From a bacterium (GTDB taxonomy: Bacteria; Electryoneota; Electryoneia; Electryoneales; Electryoneaceae), in NCBI GenBank assembly GCA_963675295.2, contig CAXXKJ010000002.1:1856001-1920000 (forward strand): a stretch of DNA of 64,000 nt. The letters are read 5' to 3'. The notes under the pieces are model-generated. The model saw only the letters and a list, made by a program, of their open reading frames with translations. It was not told the origin of the DNA and did no database searches. A program made the position numbers and the translations under genes. Below, piece after piece: positions 57,906 through 64,000 of this stretch; the first letter of the stretch is position 1, and each line of letters opens with the position of its first letter.

Positions 57906-60900
57906 ATGATTCGCAGGCGTAGGGTTGCTGTGGGGACACTGTTCCTGCTCCTGGCGGTGGTAACGTGGTCATTTGCGCTGTCACCTGTTGAGCAGACATC
58001 AGTCGAGTGGGAAGGGGTGCGTACGGATGCGTCCGGCGTGCAGGCCCAGCTCAGGCTGCAGTCATTTGATATCGCGACGGATGACCTTGGGGAGTACATC
58101 GAGATTCCCGGGGCGTTTGCCACTGATTCGCCGATTCCGTTGGCGACAACCATGATCAACGTGCCGAACGGGGTGGGGATTGAAGCCTCCGTCACCGCGT
58201 CGGATTTCGTTTCCACCGGCATTTACGCTCCTGAGCTTGCCGGGCAGATGGAACATGTGATTGTCGGTGAACCCATTGTGTTCCGCGGCATTCGATTGTT
58301 CCCGGTGTCGGTTTCGGCGGCGCGGGTTGCGGACGATGGCGAGATTTTCATCGCCAACGTGTCCGAACTGAACGTGGAGTACACCGGCGAGGACAGCCGA
58401 GCTGAAGGTTCGCTGGAAGAGATCCGGCTGTCGGCGGAAGTGGAACGCTATGTCCGTAACCTGGTGCTGAACATTGATGAGATCAACATCAACGTTGTCG
58501 CGCCGGTTGGCCGTCTGCTGGTCGTGATTGAGAACAACGCGACGCTGCTCGCGCGCATGGAACCCTATGTCCAATGGAAGCGCGAACAGGGGTACAAGGT
58601 GGTTGTCGATCATCCGACGAGCACCACGTCGTACTCCGCGATTTATTCGCTGATCAACAGCCACTATACGAACGGTGATGCACTGCCGTTGGATTATGTG
58701 CTGCTGGTCGGTGACCACAACGGCAGCGTCGACATGGTCGCGTACAACGCGTTGACGGACCACTACTACAGCCAGCTCGAGGGCAACGACATTCTCGCCG
58801 ACCTGGCGATTGGACGTTTCTCCGTGCAGGACGGCAACATCGAGCTCGGCCGTGTGGTCAACAAGCTGCTGGCGTACGAGCGTGATGTGGACATGACCGA
58901 TCCGTCGTGGCTGTCCAACGTGGTGTTGACCGCGGGTTCGGGCTCGGGTACGAGCACCATCATCACCAACCGTTCGATCAAGGAGATGTTTAGCCAGAAC
59001 GGTGTCGCATCCGACACGTTGTGGTGGACGATGGGTGGCGACATCCCGCAGTTCATCGTGGATGAAGTCAATGATGGCGCGCACTTCGTGAATTTCCGCG
59101 GCTACTATGGCTTTGCCGGCTGGAGTGCCTCCGACCTCGCCAACATGAACAACGGTACCCACCTGCCGGTTGTTATCACAATTACCTGTGGCACCGGCGA
59201 CTTCGCGACGACGACGGAAGAGTATACAGAAGGTTTCTTCCGAGCGGGTTCCGGCTACAACGATTTCTGGGGTGGTATCGCCAGTGTGGGTACGGCCACC
59301 ACTTCAACGCACACCCGTTTCAACAATATCGTCGACAGCGGACTGTTTGAGGCTGTGACGTTGCGAAACATCCGATCTCTCGGCTGGGCGTTGGTAAACG
59401 GCAAGCTGCGGTTGTACCAGGCCTACGTCAACACCGGCGACAACAGCAACATCGACGATTTCTCCTACTGGAACAACCTGATCGGTGACCCGGCGCTCCG
59501 TGTCTGGGTCGGCATTCCCGACGAAATTGACGTCACCCATGACGCCAGCATCTCATACGGTCAGAACTACGTTGATGTTACTGTTCACCACCCCGGTGAG
59601 TGGCCGGAACTGATCTGGGCCACCCTGGCCGATGACGAACAGGTCATCGCGACTCATCGCATTGACGAGTCCGGCGTGGTTCGCCTCAGCTTCGATCCGG
59701 CGGATGTGTCCAGTTCGATGACGCTGACCGTGGTCGGCGACAACGTTGTGCCGTACCAGGCCGACATCCCGGTCAACAACGTCGCGCAGTATGTCTATGT
59801 CGCGTCGCACATCGTCAATGATGGCGCGGGCGATGACGACCTTGCCAACCCGGGTGAGACGGTTTACCTGACGTTGACCATGCGCAACGGTGGTACGCAG
59901 ACTGTCGGTTCGCAGACCGCGACAGTCACCACGGACAGCCCGTACCTCTCCGTCGTCGGTGGGAACACGTTCAACGTGCCGTCGCTGACGTCCGGTGCGC
60001 AGACGACGATCGCCAACGCGGTGCAGGTGGCGGTGGATCCGTTCACTCCGGATGGAGCGTTGCCGGAATTGACCGTGACCCTGGGCGCGAACCAGACCAG
60101 TGATGTCCGGCTCGACATCGCCGGATTCACCACGTCGGTTGGCGTGAACGAACTCAGCTACGGCGGCAACGGTCAGCTCGATCCAAACGAAACAACGACA
60201 CTCGTTTACCCGTTCACCAACGTTGGCAGCACAACGGCGTCCGGCTTGACCGGCACGCTGACGACGGCGAACGAACATGTCACCATCGTTGATGGTACCG
60301 CCAATTATCCCTCGGCATCGCCGGGTTCGACGGTGTCCAACAGTTCCGATCCGTTCAGTGTGACGATCAGTTCGGATGCGTGGATGGGTGAACCGATCCT
60401 GTTCACACTGACCATTACCGACGATGACGGCGGGATGGATTCGACGGTCTACCGGGCGTGGGTTGGTGATCCGGCGAACAACGGTCTCACCGGGCCGGAC
60501 GAGTATGGCTACTGGGCTGTTGACAACATGGACGGCGGCTTCGGCTCGATTCCGATTTACAGCTGGACGGATATCGGCATCACCGCGAACCGTCTCAACA
60601 TCAACGACACCGCCAACGAAGATGACGACGCTCAGGTAGTTAACCTGCCGTTCGGGTTCGTCTATTACGGAGAAGTCTTCAACCAGTTGACGGTGACCAG
60701 CAACGGGAACGCCGCCTTCGGCGCGTACCCGACGCTGTACACCTTCCGTAACTGGAACATTCCGAACCCGCTCGGTCCGCCGGCGATGCTGTCGCCGAAC
60801 TGGGATGACCAGTTGACCAGCGGTGGCGGTGTGTATGCCTATCATGACATTTCCGCCGGCCGGTTTATCGTGCAATGGGATGTCGTTGCACGCTACACCA

Positions 60901-63713
60901 ACCAGCCGCAATCGTTCCAGCTGGTGCTGTTTGATCCGGGCCTGTGGCCGACTCATACCGGCAACGGCATGATCCAGTTCCAGTACGAGACGTTCTCGCA
61001 AGAAGCTGGCTACAGCTACGACAACGACTACTGCACCGTGGGTATCGAAAGCCCCGACCAGGCTGACGGTGTGCAATATCTGTACTGGACGAGCTACAGC
61101 GACAACGCGTCGCCTATTTCCAGTGGCACCGCGATCCTGTTCACCGACGACCTTTCCGGCGGCGGCACGTCCAACCCGGAAGCGGTGATTGGGCCGTCCA
61201 GCTTCAACGTTCCGTGGCAGGGCACACCGGTCACTGAACAGGTCAGCATTGAAAACCAGGGTGACGGGACGCTCGTCTGGAGCATCACGGAAGTCGGCAA
61301 TGAGTTCAGCGGTGCGGCACGCCGCCGTGAGCTGGGCTTGCCGGATGTTCCGCCGGTAACGAACCAGACACAGGAACTGGTTGACCTCAAGACCTATCGC
61401 CGTGACAAGGCGGCGGAATACCAGCGCGAACAGGAACACCATGATGTGTCTGAACTCGAGGGCACCGGCGGGCCGGTGATCGACGACTTCGGCGGTCCGG
61501 ACCTGTTTGGCTACTCGTGGATCGACTCGGATGAACCGGATGGTCCGGATTACGCGTGGCATGCGCAGTATGGCACCGCGGTGAGCCAATCGGAATTCAG
61601 CGATTACGATGACGGCTATTCCAACGCCAAGTCGCTCGGCTTCTCATTCGAGTACTACGGTGTGCAGTACAACAGTCTGTACATCAACACGAACGGTTTT
61701 GTCACCTTCCAGGGCGGCCAGTCCGGGTCGGGCACCTACAGCAACGAAGCGTTGCCGAGTACGGATGCGCCACGCGACGGTTCGCCGTGCACCATGCTCG
61801 CGGGCTTCTGGGACGATCTGAACCCGGAAGATGGCGGGACGATTTACTACTACACCAACAACAGCGACCTCGCGGTCATCACGTGGTACGACGTTCCAGG
61901 GTACGGTGGAAGCGGCCTGTACCGTTTCCAGATCATGTTGTACGCGGACGGCACAATCGTCTACCAGTACAACAACATGGGGACGCAGGACATTACCAGC
62001 GCCACCATCGGCATCCAGAATGCCAACGGTACCATCGGCCTGACCACGGTGAACAACTCGACATACGTCGGCAACAATCTCGCGGTCAAGTATTACACGG
62101 CGACCAAGTGGTTCGAGGCGCTTGACACGATGGGCCTGCTTGGCGAGGGTCAATCGACCACCGCGGACATCCAGTTTGATGGTTCCGACCTGCCGGACGG
62201 CGTCTACACTGGTTCGTTGATCGTAGCGACCAATGATGTCGACAATCCGTCGGTGGAAATTCCTGTCCAGATGTTCGTCGGGATCCAGCCGCCAGTGGTT
62301 GATGACATTCCGAACCAGAGCATCGACCCGGGCCAGAACTTCGCAACCATCAACCTCGACAACTACGTCGATGATCCGAACTATCCGGATAACCAGATTT
62401 CGTGGACGGCGACCGGTCAGTCGGAACTGACCGTCAGCATCGTCAACCGTGTCGCGACGATCACACCGCCAAGCCCGAGCTGGATTGGGTCGGAAACGGT
62501 CACCTTCACCGCGACGAACCCGCTGAACGCGTCCGACAGCGATGACGCGACGTTCACCGTCGGCGCCGGCTTCATCAGTGTCGACCTGACCGGCGGACGA
62601 TACGAGCTGGTCAGCTTCCCGGTGACGCCGCCGTCATTGGCGGTGGAAGACGTGTTCGACAGCATCAACAACCTGGTTGTTGTGTTCAACGATGACGGCG
62701 ATTACTACCAGCCGTCGGGCAGCAACACAATCGGCAATATTGATGTCAGCGAAGGTTACCGCGTCTTCACGAATACGACGCAGACCTTCACGTTCGACGG
62801 TTCGCCGCTGGATCTGAACACGGATTACACCGTGACCGGCAACCAGTGGAACTGGATCGGGCATCCGTTCGTCGAGGAAATGTCGATCACGACGGCCATG
62901 GGCGATATCACCAACCACATCAACATCGTGGTCGATGATGAAGGCGAGATCTACTGGCCGCAACTCGGCATCAACACCATCGGCAACCTGGTTCCGGGCA
63001 ACGGCTACCAGATGTGGACCGAGCAGACGACCACGTTCAACTACACCACCACGGTCGCGCCTCCGCGCGGTCTGGCGGCGGATCAGCAGCAGCTGATCAC
63101 CGAGCTTCCGGCGGGTCCGGTTGCGGTGGAACCGACCGGGACACCGTACCTGGTTCACGTTTCGCTGCACGAGAATCTGCGTGACAAGGATGTCGACGTG
63201 ATCGAGGTGCTGGACGGTTCGCAGGTGGTCGGGTCGGGACGAATCATCGCGGATCGTGACGAAGCGGTGATTGTGACGTGGCAGGGTGACGCTGACCGTG
63301 ATGTCGCCGGCTACACGGCGGGTTCGTCGTTGAAGCTGCGTGTGCTGGACGAATCGGGCGCGACGCTCGAGACGAAGAACGTTGGCGACAAGTCGTTCTT
63401 CGGTGACGGTTCGCACGCGGATGTCGTGGTTGCGTCGGCGGCGCTGCCGGAACACTTCGAGGTCAGTGCGGGGTATCCGAACCCGTTCAACCCGACGATC
63501 CAGGTGCCGTTCGCGCTGCCGGACGCCGGCAAGGTGACGTTCTCGGTGTACAACGTGCTCGGCCAGCAGGTGTTCGCGGAATCGAAGAAGCTGGACGCCG
63601 GCCGTCACACGTACCTGTACCGTCCGGGCAACGGCGTCGCCAGCGGCGTCTACTTCCTGCAGGTGCAGTACGGTGCTGAATTGAACCGTCAGAAGATCGT
63701 GCTGATGAAGTAA
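57906..63713 (+). CDS. Large secreted C25 (gingipain-family) peptidase polyprotein with Ig/CARDB- and nidogen-like domains and T9SS-like CTD
   Basis: GAAGGAG SD; propeptide; WKREQGY, YVLLVGD, DHYYSQLEGND, IGRFS, ITCGTGDF and NLIGDP motifs; YPNPFNPT...SGVYF...KIVLMK. Confidence 0.88.
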   Translation: MIRRRRVAVGTLFLLLAVVTWSFALSPVEQTSVEWEGVRTDASGVQAQLRLQSFDIATDDLGEYIEIPGAFATDSPIPLATTMINVPNGVGIEASVTASDFVSTGIYAPELAGQMEHVIVGEPIVFRGIRLFPVSVSAARVADDGEIFIANVSELNVEYTGEDSRAEGSLEEIRLSAEVERYVRNLVLNIDEININVVAPVGRLLVVIENNATLLARMEPYVQWKREQGYKVVVDHPTSTTSYSAIYSLINSHYTNGDALPLDYVLLVGDHNGSVDMVAYNALTDHYYSQLEGNDILADLAIGRFSVQDGNIELGRVVNKLLAYERDVDMTDPSWLSNVVLTAGSGSGTSTIITNRSIKEMFSQNGVASDTLWWTMGGDIPQFIVDEVNDGAHFVNFRGYYGFAGWSASDLANMNNGTHLPVVITITCGTGDFATTTEEYTEGFFRAGSGYNDFWGGIASVGTATTSTHTRFNNIVDSGLFEAVTLRNIRSLGWALVNGKLRLYQAYVNTGDNSNIDDFSYWNNLIGDPALRVWVGIPDEIDVTHDASISYGQNYVDVTVHHPGEWPELIWATLADDEQVIATHRIDESGVVRLSFDPADVSSSMTLTVVGDNVVPYQADIPVNNVAQYVYVASHIVNDGAGDDDLANPGETVYLTLTMRNGGTQTVGSQTATVTTDSPYLSVVGGNTFNVPSLTSGAQTTIANAVQVAVDPFTPDGALPELTVTLGANQTSDVRLDIAGFTTSVGVNELSYGGNGQLDPNETTTLVYPFTNVGSTTASGLTGTLTTANEHVTIVDGTANYPSASPGSTVSNSSDPFSVTISSDAWMGEPILFTLTITDDDGGMDSTVYRAWVGDPANNGLTGPDEYGYWAVDNMDGGFGSIPIYSWTDIGITANRLNINDTANEDDDAQVVNLPFGFVYYGEVFNQLTVTSNGNAAFGAYPTLYTFRNWNIPNPLGPPAMLSPNWDDQLTSGGGVYAYHDISAGRFIVQWDVVARYTNQPQSFQLVLFDPGLWPTHTGNGMIQFQYETFSQEAGYSYDNDYCTVGIESPDQADGVQYLYWTSYSDNASPISSGTAILFTDDLSGGGTSNPEAVIGPSSFNVPWQGTPVTEQVSIENQGDGTLVWSITEVGNEFSGAARRRELGLPDVPPVTNQTQELVDLKTYRRDKAAEYQREQEHHDVSELEGTGGPVIDDFGGPDLFGYSWIDSDEPDGPDYAWHAQYGTAVSQSEFSDYDDGYSNAKSLGFSFEYYGVQYNSLYINTNGFVTFQGGQSGSGTYSNEALPSTDAPRDGSPCTMLAGFWDDLNPEDGGTIYYYTNNSDLAVITWYDVPGYGGSGLYRFQIMLYADGTIVYQYNNMGTQDITSATIGIQNANGTIGLTTVNNSTYVGNNLAVKYYTATKWFEALDTMGLLGEGQSTTADIQFDGSDLPDGVYTGSLIVATNDVDNPSVEIPVQMFVGIQPPVVDDIPNQSIDPGQNFATINLDNYVDDPNYPDNQISWTATGQSELTVSIVNRVATITPPSPSWIGSETVTFTATNPLNASDSDDATFTVGAGFISVDLTGGRYELVSFPVTPPSLAVEDVFDSINNLVVVFNDDGDYYQPSGSNTIGNIDVSEGYRVFTNTTQTFTFDGSPLDLNTDYTVTGNQWNWIGHPFVEEMSITTAMGDITNHINIVVDDEGEIYWPQLGINTIGNLVPGNGYQMWTEQTTTFNYTTTVAPPRGLAADQQQLITELPAGPVAVEPTGTPYLVHVSLHENLRDKDVDVIEVLDGSQVVGSGRIIADRDEAVIVTWQGDADRDVAGYTAGSSLKLRVLDESGATLETKNVGDKSFFGDGSHADVVVASAALPEHFEVSAGYPNPFNPTIQVPFALPDAGKVTFSVYNVLGQQVFAESKKLDAGRHTYLYRPGNGVASGVYFLQVQYGAELNRQKIVLMK

Positions 63714-63799
63714 CAGGAAGCGTCAACCAATTGCCATCCTGAAACCATGTTGGAAGGATGGCGAGGGTTCTTGTAGTTGCAAATAGCTTTTGCGTTTCG

Positions 63800-63827
63800 A
63801 CGGGCAGGTTTCAAACCTGCCCGTTTT
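63800..63827 (+). terminator. Intrinsic terminator (preceded by another hairpin at ~63731-63764)
   Basis: ACGGGCAGGTT-TC-AAACCTGCCCGT followed by TTT. Confidence 0.75.
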
Positions 63828-64000
63828 CTGTCGGTAGCACGGAAACCAGTAGCGTACGTTAATTGGCTCTAACTTCATGGAAATACAAATGTAATGGCAT
63901 AATTGTTGTTGAGTATGAAGTAGTCTATGATAAATACAAAAATTAAAAAAAAAGACTCAATATAAGGAATTTGTCTCTTTTAATTTAATTTAAATGCTGA

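Noticed and set aside
63800-63824. GGGCAGGTTTCAAACCTGCCC as a RAYT-associated REP
   Set aside because: Single copy with no GTAG tetranucleotide; adequately explained as a terminator.
63894-63910. TGGCATAATTGTTGT as a sigma54 promoter
   Set aside because: It has GT instead of the conserved GC at -12, and the downstream gene is outside the window.
1-64000. CRISPR arrays, tRNA or rRNA genes, prophage or defence operons
   Set aside because: No repeat-spacer pattern, cloverleaf, rRNA signature or phage/defence gene was recognised by eye.

Overview
GC-rich bacterial chromosome segment. It probably comes from an FCB-superphylum lineage outside Bacteroidota (Calditrichota/KSB1/LCP-89-like). That placement is an inference from seven secreted proteins ending in a 'YPNPFN...K' T9SS type-A-like C-terminal domain (CTD). 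Contents in order: a partial lipoprotein; a SAM-methyltransferase-like/RadC fusion; an Fe/Mn SOD with TTAGG-N4-CCTAA boxes; an IS transposase remnant beside a lower-GC beta-helix protein; CobA/HemD; two FG-GAP paralogs; two Na+/amino-acid transporters; a dcw cluster (mraZ to ftsZ); a DcaP-like porin with two MCPs; an SLC13 permease; sixA-ppk1-ppx; a third FG-GAP protein; NpdG; two M6 proteases; a half-HPPD plus luciferase-like gene pair; an FGE-domain lipoprotein; and a ~1,935-aa C25 polyprotein. The dcw cluster lacks mraY, murG and ddl, and its FtsZ carries a ~300-aa acidic N-terminal extension plus an internal start site. The best novelty candidates are (1) an unnamed ~100-aa module plus Trp linker sitting before the CTD in four secreted proteins, (2) the probable two-isoform FtsZ, (3) the MTase-RadC fusion and (4) the half-HPPD/LLM pair. 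No rRNA, tRNA or CRISPR array was seen. All calls come from reading motifs by eye; no database search was run.
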